A stretch of DNA of 63,855 bases, filler included, from Rhabdomonas costata (lineage: Eukaryota), in NCBI GenBank assembly GCA_019059605.1. It is 18 parts of 18 records of this genome, joined end to end, with 100 filler letters (N's around TTAATTAATTAA, not from the genome) between each part and the next. Parts side by side here need not be neighbours in the genome. Positions count along the whole stretch, not along the records: positions 46,351 to 49,769 come from JAHMHO010000869.1; positions 49,870 to 53,291 come from JAHMHO010000870.1; positions 53,392 to 56,815 come from JAHMHO010000871.1; positions 56,916 to 60,334 come from JAHMHO010000872.1; positions 60,435 to 63,855 come from JAHMHO010000873.1; 13 more parts are not named here. One strand, given 5' to 3'. The position numbers and the translations under genes are program-made. The notes beneath the pieces were generated by a model. The model made no database searches and was not told the origin of the DNA. It was given only the letters and a program-made list of their open reading frames with translations. Positions 49,301 through 61,004 of this stretch are shown here, in pieces; the first letter of the stretch is position 1, and every line of letters begins with the position of its first letter.

Positions 49301-50031
49301 TCTTTCTTCAAATGGTATCCATTTTTTGAGTCCACACATCACTCCTTTTGCAACCCATGGTGGATTACCAAGACCTTGTTGTGGGCACAACTCCAGGTAT
49401 CCTCCAAGAAAACATAGCTAGACAGTTATCAAACCATTTCAGTATTCATCCCCGAAAGAAATCAAAACTGAAGGTTCAAAACTTTTCACCCTTAGACCTG
49501 GCAGCGGGTACACCTAGGGCTTCGGATCTCAACGTAGTCGACGAAAAAAGGTATGCTGTAAAAGGCAAAATCCTCTTTCGTTTCTGGATCGAGATAGAAG
49601 GCTTCAGGGGGTCGATGTTTTTGACCAGAAACCGCCTTTTTTTGCCGTGGGGTGGTCAGCAGCAAAACTTCCGTAAAACTGCCTTTCAGAGACCAATAAT
49701 TGCCTTCTTTGTTGCAAAGTGGTGTTGGAAACGCTCTGGATGTGCTTTCGGTTTTCAAACAACAAAACANNNNNNNNNNNNNNNNNNNNNNNNNNNNNNN
49801 NNNNNNNNNNNNNTTAATTAATTAANNNNNNNNNNNNNNNNNNNNNNNNNNNNNNNNNNNNNNNNNNNNGGGTGTTGGTCGTCTGATCCGCACCCATGTC
49901 AATCACACCGCTGGTGTGATGATGCACCAGCATCATCACACCAGCGCCCCAATGAATACCCACGCATACACATTCCTTCCTTCCTTCTTTCCTTCCTTCC
50001 TTTCCACACACTCAGATATTCGCACACGCAC

Positions 50032-52701
50032 TTGCGCTCGATGACATCCACAAGGCGGCCCGGGGTGGCGATCAGAATCTCCGCGCCCTGGCGGATGCGC
50101 TGTGCCTGCTCCTCCATATTGATCCCGCCCACCACAGACATCACCTGCACATCACACACACCCGCACGCCCTCAAATGTCACGAAGGTATGAAGAGTAAC
50201 AAGAGGTTCGTGGGGAGGTTAACCTGATTTAACCTGAGAGCTACTGAGGCGTAATGTCACAGCGGTTTTTCGACTGTGAGTGTCGATTGTGTGACCTATG
50301 GACAGTGAATGCGTTTTTGAGTGAGCAGGGGGTGTAGTCAGACACATACGCACACTACACTACTGGGCCACACCCTTTGCTTCATGTGGCGGGCAAAGCG
50401 GTAGGCCTCGTCCTCAATCTGCTGCGCCAGCTCGCGGGTCGGAGCCATCACCACGGCGTACGGGCCGTCCAGGAGAGTTTCCGCCGTCAGCTCGGGCTGC
50501 TTGGAGATGTACACGCACATTGGAATCACAAACGCAGCCTGCAAACCCACCAACCCAATAGCAACAATCCAACCCCGAAACGTATCCCGCGCATACATTT
50601 TAGTGAGTTCGGGGGAGAGCTGGCTGGTTCGCGATTTAGTATGCAAGATTTGCATTTTGGAAAATGAGAACGCTATCATGACATGCCTTTTTAACCGCGT
50701 GCTTCTCCATGAAAGGGGGAGAAATCGGGAGCAGTTCAGGAGGGTTTGGTTGCTATACCCAGTGCGTTGCTGGATGCCGCATCCAACGTTCCTTTTGCAT
50801 CTTTTTGCTCCGGTCAGCACGGCATGCCTCTGCTCCGCGAAACGGACCGGCGTCTTGTGTGTATGCGACAGATATCCGTGCTAAGAGCGTAAAAAGTCGC
50901 CCAGCTGAGCGTCACGTAATTTGGCAATGCAGAACGCCTGGGCGGTTCACACTTCCCATCAATACACAGCGCACAGAACAAGCCAAAACAAGCAGGGTTG
51001 GAGGGAAGGGGGTTGGCGCCGCACCGTTTTCCCGCTGCCTGTCTGGGCAACCCCTGAAAAGCACAGGAAAAACCATCAACGCCAGAAAGGACGCACGACA
51101 GCAAAGCTTGAATCTACAATAACAACCTCCTCCCATTCTGTGTCTCTGCGAAAAAATCGGGGTGTGTTTAAGGAAGGAAGACTCGCCTCGCTTTTTTCAT
51201 AATTCTCCATGACTTATGGCATCTGAGCTCAGTAGCCTTGCCCCGCAATAACCAACATATCATCAGTAACGGGCTGTAAACTCCCGGCGGGGTTGAACTT
51301 GGCGAGGGTGGCTTCGCCCCGCTGTCATGCTGTGCTATTCGTCGATTGGTTCATAAACTGTTGGACCCTGCTGCGTTGAGCGCCGCTAGGGTGACCGTGT
51401 TCAGTTGTAAATTACAGGAAACGGTAACAAGCCAACACATATGAAACGGGCGGGCTGACGGTTGCGGGTAACAGGCCACCATTTCTAGCAGCGCAAACAA
51501 CAAGCAAATATTATGCCATTTCTCCGTTTAAGGCATGACTGCCTTTGTGGTTTCTCTCTCACGACCACATTGCTTATGGCGATGGCGATGGCGATGGCGA
51601 TGGCATCGTACATACCAATGACATCCCGGTTTTGCAAGGCAATGGGGATGGTCTGCATCTGCACTGGGCTGGGGTCCTTGTACCCGGCCTCAGCAATGGC
51701 GTCCAGCATGGCAGGAGGCAGTCCGGATTCCTGCAAACCACACCACGGTCACAGCCTTCCCATTTCTCCCACAGAGCCCACCACGTCACAACCAGAGTCA
51801 TATGCACGGTACATCAGAAAGATTCATTTTCTGCGATTGTTCACAAAAGAAAAAACATGGCCGTATTATTTATCCTGAGCCGAAGCAATAAAAAACGGCG
51901 TACTGTGCGTGAAATAAGGCGGCAACTGCCCTCTGAAATGGCTCGTTAAAGCACTCTGCGTATTTCAGCAGGAGAGCGCTCGGGAGCCCTGAGTCTTGTC
52001 CGGGTTGTCGGCGGATTTTCATCACGACGGATTGAGGGCAGGCGATTGGGAATGAAAGGTTAAAAAAAGAGGTGTGTGTTTGTCATGTGTCCCGAATTTT
52101 CGCCGGGAGAGCGAAGCCACAGACCTTCCAGCTTCTCAAGGGCCGCGGGGCGTTGCCTTTGGTGATGATCTGAAAGTCCTCCTTGAAGATTCGCCAGTCC
52201 CGCTCTGGCAATGGAAAAAGTAAAGGGATGTAACAAAAGCTACAGGGGCCCGAAACACGGGGACATAGTTTCTTCCCTACACTTCTCACACAACGCAGTG
52301 ATTCCGCAGTGGCTTGTAAGGACGCATTGTGGCCCCGTGTCGTCTCAAAAGTTAGAGGCATAGGCAGACAAAGAACAGACCGAAACAAACCAAAAACAAC
52401 TCCACGTAAAAGCATGCTTTTCAAACCCTTTTAGCTTCGAAGTCCGGTAAGGCCAGATTTCGAGTGCGCTGCTTTTCGATTGTGACTTTTGAGGTGACGC
52501 GGACAATATAACGATGTGGACGGCAGTGACCGCTTGCCACCACCAAAGGGCCGCGCAGGACGCATGCACAGGCACAGGCAGACCTGTCATGGACTCCAGG
52601 GTCTTCTCGGACCAGTGCACGTTGTTGTCTAGGAGGTCCCGACGGGTGCGGGTGACCTTCTTCTCGCGGTCCTCCTGAGCTTCCTGGGGCCGGATCTGGC
52701 G
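50032..52701 (-). CDS. PRP28: Spliceosomal DEAD-box helicase PRP28/DDX23; partial, 6 exons
   Basis: Exons 52701-52584, 52204-52125, 51730-51616, 51053-51025, 50538-50374 and 50144-50032: HWSEKTLESMTERDWRIFKEDFQI..PLRSWKES..GYKDPSPVQMQTIPIALQNRDVIGVAQTGSGKTAAFVIP..GPYAVVMAPTRELAQQIE..IATPGRL. Confidence 0.93.
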
Positions 52702-53391
52702 CTGCGGGTGAGCGAGAATCGTGTGTGCATTTGTGCATCGCGCGCTGGCGCCTAACCAATTGGGGACCTGGGGGGGGGGGAAGGGCACCCACACGCTGAC
52801 TCTTTTTGAGTTTTTCCTTCGGCTGTGGGAACGGAGTGCGGGAACGGAATGCAGGCGTTGCCGTGTTGTGTGTGTGCTTGTGTGTGCGGGAGTGCGAAAG
52901 TATGGATGTGTGCGACCGGTTGCGGGTTCCGTGTTACCTTCAGCCTGGGATGCTTCATTCTCTCAAGGAAAGAGCAAAGGCCAAGATTGGAGACGCGCAG
53001 GCACGGGGAAATGCTGAGGGGCAGGCACACAAGGGGCAGACCCCCACACACACATTAATGACACCAGCATACACCAGACCACGGCGTGGTTTGTACTGTC
53101 CTCGCAATAGGCGTACGCTGCTCAGCAGTGCAAACATGCGTCCAGAACAAGTCGCCAGTGTGTGCGCGATCCCAATTCATAAAGAAGGTCCTTTGAGCCT
53201 AAAGGTCACCGCGGTTTCTTCGTGTTAACTGTCATTCCCCTATCCCCGAATCATGTGTATCGCACACCCAACCCAAACACACCCCCACCCCNNNNNNNNN
53301 NNNNNNNNNNNNNNNNNNNNNNNNNNNNNNNNNNNTTAATTAATTAANNNNNNNNNNNNNNNNNNNNNNNNNNNNNNNNNNNNNNNNNNNN

Positions 53392-54120
53392 GTGGTGGGG
53401 GTCTGAGGTTGGGGTGTAAAATTCTCTTGGGTCTTTGGTTTTCGGGTGTCAGGATTTCAGGATTTCGAGGGGTTGGGGTGTTTGGTATTCGGGGTTCTTG
53501 GCATTCGGTATTCGTGTCTGCAAGGCGAGGGTTTCATGGAGTCGGCATTTCTCTCTTGGGTCTTTGGGTTCGCATTTCGGTCTTCGGGTTCGGTCTTCAG
53601 GTCTTTGGCATTCGGGTTTCCGCGTGGAGAAGGCCAAATAAGGTATGGCTAGGTGAACCTGGTCATGAGCAGAGGGCACTGGACACCCCATAAGCCAGCC
53701 GGAAGTATCACCGTGGTTTAGGGGGTGGAACGCCTATTCCAGTGACGTAGTGATGAACGGATTTAGTAGGCAGTTTATCCACGAAGGCCAAGAAGCGGAT
53801 ACCATCAAGACGCAAGAGGAACCATGAAGGCCGAAACACGCAAACCAACCCCGAGCCTATTGTCAAACCCACCCCCCACAAGGCCAGTGACCACCAACCA
53901 GCGCAACCCCAACATCTGAAAAACCCGCAACGGAAACTCCAAACCCCGAACCACGAGCACCCCGAAGTCACCCAACGCTACAAGAGACCTACGCATGAAC
54001 CCCACCCCCAGACCCAAGTACCACATTACAAAATTCCAACGCAGCCCTGAACCCACATACAAGCCAATAAGAAACCCTGCAACCCGAAATCCCAAAACAA
54101 AAATACCCAAGTTAAAACAA
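53392..54120. repeat. Head-to-head low-complexity arms (TTCGGG/TTTGGG-rich, then CCCGAA/CCCAAA-rich) around a ~200-bp unique core
   Basis: 53392-53625 is G/T-rich and 53830-54120 is the complementary C/A-rich composition with the reverse-complement motifs. Confidence 0.5.
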
Positions 54121-54678
54121 AAAACTGATGTGGAAATGCCTGTTCATGAACTCAAGACACCTGTAGATGTCGCTACGCTCCCTGCATGTATCGCTGTGTC
54201 CTACGCTAAGTATGCCTCGTTTTCCAAGCCCCTGATATCAAAATACACAGTAAGATGCTTGTATACTCGCCAGAACATGAAGATATGTTGCCGAGAATAC
54301 CCCGATGGTTGAATATCCCAAGTCTGCGCAGCATAAACCCAGCTGAGAGAGTAACAGAGAGCAGAGCAGCGAAATGGAGAAATTTGAATCGATTTCATAC
54401 TACTCTGACGATTTTTCTTCCTTCCTTACAAAATGGTGACGGTTGCAACCCAATTTGAATAGTTTCAGTGTGAAACATTTTATTAATAAGAAATAAATTT
54501 TTTCAAAATTGTTTTTCTGTGTGTTGGTCAAAGGCATTTGGGTGAGGAAAATTTCATTCCATTCAGTAACATAGAAACCAACAAGCCCATCTTTATTATA
54601 CAAATTATACGAATAATAGGGCAAAAAACTGAAGAATTTAGAATGTGATCGACCACGTTAAAGGCAACTTCACACTGT

Positions 54679-55071
54679 ATGCGCGGCCTTATGCTCGTCT
54701 CTGATCATCTCGCGGTCGAGGGCCTGAGGCGAAAAAACACCGTTCGGTTGTGGATCCGATACCTACCCCCTAAAACCAGCATTACCCAAGCAATCTTTGA
54801 ACTGGGGGTTGTGTTTTCTTGCCCCAATGCTAGCGAAGATGCTGAAGCAGCTCCGCGTAGAGGTGGAGGGGCCTGCCCTTTGTTCGGTGGGGCACTGCAG
54901 TGCGTTTACTTTGGAGGCGACGGTCTGAGGTGGTTCAGCACGACCCAACATCTTAACACTCACGCAGTAAGGAAGAAACCGAAGGTAGCGGCAGCAATAG
55001 GCAGCGAGCGAAAAGCCTCCCTCGAGCCGATACGGGGCTTCGAAACTGGAGCGTGCCAACATCCTCAGTGA
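54679..55071 (+). mobile_element. Decayed tyrosine-recombinase domain (DIRS/Ngaro/VIPER-like)
   Basis: GLMLVSDHL..VRLWIRYLPPKTS..SCP..CPLFG..LNTHAVRK, then GLRNWS in another frame, follows the YR order R..K..CP..PLF..HxxR..GxW. The first Arg is not intact. Confidence 0.4.
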
Positions 55072-56987
55072 CCAGAGCAGCCATGAGCAGCATCCCTGAA
55101 AAATTCAAAGCCAAAACGGGCCCTTGATGATTGGAGAGGTCTCCTTGAGTTTGAATTTCGCGCTTCAGGGAAGGTTGTCTTGATCTCAAAGTGTGTATAT
55201 ATCTCAGTGAATAGTGATTATTTAATGATTAATGAGCCAGAAAAGCACTCTTTTCATTTAAATACTCTCTTTACTGGTGTGCCTTGGGCTTGTTTATCGG
55301 TTTTGTATGAAAACTCTTCTCAACGGCCTCTCTGAGTCGCGATGAAAACCATTTGTGTACCTTACGACGCACTAGCGGACAGCTGGCTGGCGCTTGGTAC
55401 CTTCCTGCACCAGTGCAACAGGAAAGGTTTGGCCTCGCCACCAATTTGAGTGCAGCTGTGAAGTGAGCCCAAAGTTTTGGTGATGCCCTTTTTCAGGGCA
55501 TCTATATCTGCACAACTCCAAAAACTTTCACAATCCGCCGAGTTGTTAACTCTTAGTAATTTTTGTTGAAAATAAACCGAAATCTCTTGACATTTTTAAT
55601 GGAAGATTTTGGTTTTTTGTTAGAAAAATGGCCTCACTGGCTTAGCTTACAACTGACAACGCGGGTCTTTCTGTTTCTACCGGCCACCGATACCGAGGGC
55701 ACCCGATACCAAATTAAGATTGGCGAAATTGTGGGATTCAAGAACGCGCTACAGGTGGCCGAAGCTCGAGCTACTGGCTAAGCTTGCCCGGCAAGTTTGG
55801 CAGCTTCACACAATGGGGCGTTTGACTTCAAGTGCAAGGCGGTCTGTTCCATCGGGTCGGAGAACACGTCTTTTTGTGCAGCGCTTTGCCGTCCATTTTT
55901 TTACTCTCCAACCTCATGCTGCCACTGGCGCTCTCTTTGGGTGAAGAACGGATTTACGTGAAGGCGAAGGTCGGGTCCTGTAGTGCCGGAACCTTGATGA
56001 AGATACCCACTCACAAACATTGAGGGGCGCCTCTTCAGCTCGTAAAGCTTTGTGGTGGACAGTGTGGGCTGCAGCGTTTGGTGTGGCCAGCTAGCTCTCA
56101 CTCGATAACGGTCGGTATGCAAACGGGCAGATCTGCCTGTGAGCCTTCAGACTTCGCCAAGCCAAATCGTCCGGGGGGGGGGGTAAACAGCAAAAATAAC
56201 GCCGGCCGTAAAAAAAAATGAAAATAATCCTTTGACAGAGGGAACAGGTAGTCGCGTTTAAGAGACCAGTGAGGTCTTTTGCATGCGCACATGAACTCGA
56301 CAGACAGCCCTAGAGGCCGGGGCAATAATTGAAAATTCTTTGTCCAAATTTGATTTAATTCACCACCCTGCTTTCTGGTCGTAGCGTTTTGTTTTGGCTG
56401 CACCCGTTTGAATACACCGTTTTTTGTGATAGTTCTAATTTTCAAAATAACGTGGGAAATTCTCCATTTATAATTGCAAATTGCCGGAAAGCAGGGGAAT
56501 GAGGAATGACGGCGCGGCCCTGCATACTGCCATGCACGACATTCCGGAGTTCGCAGGTGATGCTGCCGCTCTTGCAAACTATCACCATTGATTCCGAGCA
56601 AAACGATACTCGCTGTGAAAGTTGGATGACAAAAGATGCGCCGCGTTCGGCCGTACATTCGAAGCCAGAATCAGTGAAAGGGGACAGAGGACACACTTCT
56701 GCAAGTTGAAAACCACCAACATAAAAATGAACGGCATATGGCATATAAAAATGAACGGCATATCCTTTTTTATAGGATAACTTCCCGGGGAGGTTCCGGA
56801 GGTTACCCCCCCTACNNNNNNNNNNNNNNNNNNNNNNNNNNNNNNNNNNNNNNNNNNNNTTAATTAATTAANNNNNNNNNNNNNNNNNNNNNNNNNNNNN
56901 NNNNNNNNNNNNNNNGGGTGTGGGTGACTCCGGATCATTGGAAAGCGAGAATTCTACGGTAATCTTGCACAAGCCAAGGAAAGAGAC

Positions 56988-57101
56988 CTGCAAATCCATC
57001 AGCAGCAGGGCGTGAGAGGAGGCCGGAGAGGAGGTGGTCATTGCTTTCCGAGCGCCACGGAGCAGAAGCCTTTGCGTGCTCCACAAGCGGGAAAGGGACA
57101 T
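56988..57101 (-). CDS. First exon of an isochorismatase-like hydrolase with a mitochondrial-type presequence
   Basis: MSLSRLWSTQRLLLRGARKAMTTSSPASSHALLLMDLQ|GT: an Arg/Ser-rich leader and the ALLxxDxQ motif. Confidence 0.45.
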
Positions 57102-57724
57102 GAAGCCAAAAGGTATAAGAAGGGCGACCACGTTCTCAAGAACGCACCTGAATTTAGCGCACGCGCCACCCAGACTCGACGAACATAAAGCATGTGCACA
57201 AGTCCGCAATGATAATCCAGAAGCTTACTTTTTGAACAGCGGAAGCATTTTGCTCCAAGAAAAACGGCGACCCCCTGTATCACACAGCCAAACGTCGAAA
57301 ACGCTCCTGCACGAAATGTTCGGTTTCCGTTCTATTAGTCTTTAGCTGATCCGGTTCACGACCGTGTGCCCGGGAAGAGTGGCTGACGCGGGGTTGATGC
57401 GACAAGACAACTTGCATAAAGGCAACGCCTTCCTTTACTCACACCAACTCATACCCCCACCATGCCCCTCCCGAGTCTGGCGCGTCAAGGAGGTAATTTC
57501 ACGGCAAAAATATGAACATTGGTGAGCACAGATCAGTTCGCCAACGGGCAAAAAAAACGCAGCACGGCAAAAGCACACTAACAAGCCCTGGCACATTGCG
57601 CCAAACAGCGCGGTTTCGCCTTCCCTACAAAAAAGATCTCCAAGAAAACTCAAATCCTTCCCCTTTCGCGCCTCAGAAGGATGCAAGATCGCCGCAGCGG
57701 GGAGCGAAAGGGGACGCAGCGAGG

Positions 57725-59015
57725 CTATCTTGGAACCCTTCGTGAAGGCCTCGTGGGACCCGAATAGGAGGTTGTTCGGATACTCGTCAGTTCGGGTCCA
57801 TCGGGAGAGGCCCGAGGCTGCGCAGCGTCTGGTGTTTCCATCCTAAGCAGCTCAAAGACGTCCTTGTTCTCCGCCGCCGCGGGCTGCGCAGAGCCGGCCG
57901 CCGCGGTGGGCCCGTAAACGCTCTGCCGGATGTGCAGCACCACGACTAGCAGCGCCGTGGTCAGCAGGTCCGACAACAGCATCGTTGACAGCGACTCAGA
58001 CTCATCTAATGCAACGACGAGTGCATGGCGGAGGATTATTTGCAGCCCCCTTCCCGCCCTGGTCAGCCCCAAGTAGAGGTTACAATTCCCCACACAAAAA
58101 GTACCAATTACAGAAAAGAACCCATAGTGAGAGGTAGTCTTCCTTTATTACCACCAACCAGATCAAGGGTAAAAGACATGGATGAAATCCACCATGTCCA
58201 CATCGATTCAATTCCCAACAGGTCTAAGGGGTCTTACACGTCTCAAAGCAAACCTGCGCCAACTGGAGGCGGACCACAAAACTTATAGACAACTGTCTCG
58301 CGCCGCTGTTTTGTTTGCGACAGACTCCAAAAGGAAAACAAAGAGGCGGTGGGTGCATACGCGAACCTTTGCCCACGAAGACGAGGAAGACCGGCGATGG
58401 GGTGCTAAAGAGATGCACGGAAGCCACGGAGACCCCCAACAGCACCAGGATGCCCGTCTGCGCCCGCAGCGACCGCGACAGCGCTGCAGACCCCAGTTGC
58501 AAAGCAACCTGTGCGGGCAGAGAGAAGACCAATCGAGGGATGCGAGCACAGACAACCACAGGCAGTGGAAAACAAGTAGCCATCAGAACGGAAAGCTACT
58601 TTCAGTTTGTACAAAACGCCCTCCTCTGCAGCCCTGCGCCAGCAAGTGGCTCGGAGAAGACAGCATCGCTTGCAAATTCCAAGCGGCGAACATTCCCGAA
58701 GTGGAATTCGTCCACCTTCACTCCGCGGCCCAAAATTACGAAAGCCAGAAAAAGCTTCTTGCGGTGTTTCTTCCCATTTCCACCAATACCGACCCACATG
58801 CAAACGGGCAAGCAGAAAGGGACCAAGACTGAGCAGCGGCAAAGGAAGACCAACGCGCTGTGGTCGGTGTAGTAACAGCGCAGCAGTTGCACAAACACTA
58901 GCTGCAGCACGGCGTGGCTGAGCAGCAACTTGGCCTGCCGCACGTCGTGCGCTGCCACAGAGTCGAAGACGTGCACAAAGGGCACCGGATGCGGGCTGGT
59001 GTGCAGAAGGCTCAT
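57725..59015 (-). CDS. Small membrane protein, DUF1746/Dsc4-like; 3 exons
   Basis: Exons 59015-58824, 58508-58367 and 58005-57725 splice in frame: YYTDHSALVFLCR..SVHLF..FLVFVG..SLSTMLLSDLL..LLVV. The family call is tentative. Confidence 0.5.
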
Positions 59016-59799
59016 ATACGGCCCTCTCTGCAATTCCTTGCTCAGTCTTCAGCCGAGACGTCCTTGCTCGGCCTTCTGGGGCCGTAGCGTTTGCCCCGCG
59101 CAAAAATACACAGACTCACACCAGCACCTCTAGACACAACAAGAACGCTATGCCTGACCGGGGGATATCAGGCGATGGTTCTCCTCTATTATAATGAGCT
59201 ATTAGCTGCGCGCAGGCCGAGGGGCCCACAACCGCATTCGTGGAAGAAGACGCGCAAGAAAAAGGGGGGAACGACGGGGTGCGCTGAGATCTGTTAAATG
59301 GAAAGCAATAACAGACAAAAAAGTTAATGTTCAGTCGCACAAAACTCGCAAACCACAAAACAAGATACAGCTATTTATACTAGTAGTTATACTACTCATC
59401 ATTTTCAACGCCATAAACAAAAACCTTCGCCCAAAAAAGACCGATCAGATATAGAAAAAAAAGTGCGAAATCGAACTCTGAATTAATTCGGCACAGGTGC
59501 ATGGCACATGGCATGCACAACCAGTTCTCATACCCATAGTGGCAAATCAGGCAATGTGTCGGGAAGTGCAGCGAATTGCAGCCACTTAGAATATTCAAAT
59601 ACTCGCTCATTGGCCAAGCGCTAAGCTTCTGTCAACAAATAATATAATCCCAGCACAGCCGCTGCACCCCAGCGGAAGAGGAACAACCGCAGTGATGCGC
59701 ACAGTCAGCAACGGAAAAAAGCCGCAAGAACATACACCAATTACCCATGCACAGCACTCCACACACACAGATTGATCAACGAGGTCAACGAGGGGCCGG

Positions 59800-60280
59800 T
59801 CAGTAAACGCCTTGGCCGTACCCCCAACTCGTTGCACAGTGCGAACGAAAGAGGGGGAGGAAAGTACTGAGCAAAAGGGGGATTCATATGTTCGGCGGGC
59901 TACCCGAAGGGCTGAAAAAGCACCGTGCGTATTCCCGGAAACAGCAGGAAGACAAACGGAAGAAGCCACAGAAGACCAATGCAGGTCATCTTCAGAGGCA
60001 GCGCGGGAACATCGACGGACCACACGTACAGCGGGTTGATTCGAGTCAGCTTGATCGACAGGCAGAGCTGTGAGATGGGCGTAAGCAAATCACAGGAATG
60101 GTTTGAAAACTGGCTTAAGCTCAGAAGCGTGGTCCCCTTCACTCTATTCGTTGGGTCGGCTTTCGGCGATGAAACGATGACCTGGTCATAATGTTTCATT
60201 CCATCAAGAACGTCACAGGGAGAGATGCTGCTTATTGCGTTCGCTTCAAAAGCGCTGTATGCTCTCAGAGCTTGCAAGCT
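59800..60280 (-). mobile_element. Second possible tyrosine-recombinase relic
   Basis: ISSISPCDV..QVIVSSPKADP..G..PLYV, then in another frame THGAFSALRVARRT. YR-like order but degenerate. Confidence 0.25.
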
Positions 60281-60582
60281 GTCCGGACGTTGGCAGGTGG
60301 AAGACACGTGCAGGGGAAGCCCGACAAACACCAANNNNNNNNNNNNNNNNNNNNNNNNNNNNNNNNNNNNNNNNNNNNTTAATTAATTAANNNNNNNNNN
60401 NNNNNNNNNNNNNNNNNNNNNNNNNNNNNNNNNNTTTTTGGGGTCAACAGAAGGAAAGTGGGAAATGATACTTTGGGGGGGGGTGCCCGTATAATAGGGT
60501 ATCGTATACAATATGCTGTAATATCTTTATACTAATGATACTATTGATGTTATACTATCGCGCCACCTGATAGTTTTTGAGA

Positions 60583-61004
60583 TGGAATCTAAAGGAGGCG
60601 TTTTTGCCTTACAAGGGATATTTACTAAGAAAAAAGTATGCTGTGGAATTTGTTGAAATGTTGCATTTAAATAGCTTAGTTGGTGGAAATAGATATCTTC
60701 GCAAACGGCGCTCTGAAAAGCCTGCATAGTGTGACATGGTTTTCTCTTATGCACGCGACTTTTTGTGGTGTTTCAGGACATTTATTGAAACGACCTTATG
60801 AGTGTCAGCACATCTCGCCATTGAAGTTCTGTGGTCAGTTTTTTTTTTGCCGAATTGTCGTTTCTGCTGCAACTCTCACTTTTGACATGACGCGCGCCAG
60901 ATTATACCACAATTTTAGTATAATGGCTATAATACATAAAGAAGTATGATGGAGGGCTAAGCCGAAGCAGGCCTGGGGTCTTTTGTAATTACAACAGGCC
61001 TCCC
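60583..61004 (+). mobile_element. Longest copy of the dispersed element: degenerate body plus terminal hairpin motif
   Basis: The body is homologous to 18400-18610. It ends in GGAGGGCTAAGCCGAAGCAGGCCTGGGGTCTTTTGTAATTACAACAGGCCTCCC followed by AAAA. Confidence 0.65.

Noticed and set aside
56721..56763. 19-bp direct repeat ATAAAAATGAACGGCATAT
   Set aside because: A simple local tandem duplication with a 5-bp spacer; no element lies between the copies.
60085..60140. SET-domain-like SQFSNHSC motif
   Set aside because: It lacks the following PN and other SET motifs and has no supporting exon structure.
3954..60434. Regularly spaced TTAATTAATTAA motifs resembling a repeat array or CRISPR
   Set aside because: They are artificial linkers embedded in N runs between size-sorted contigs.
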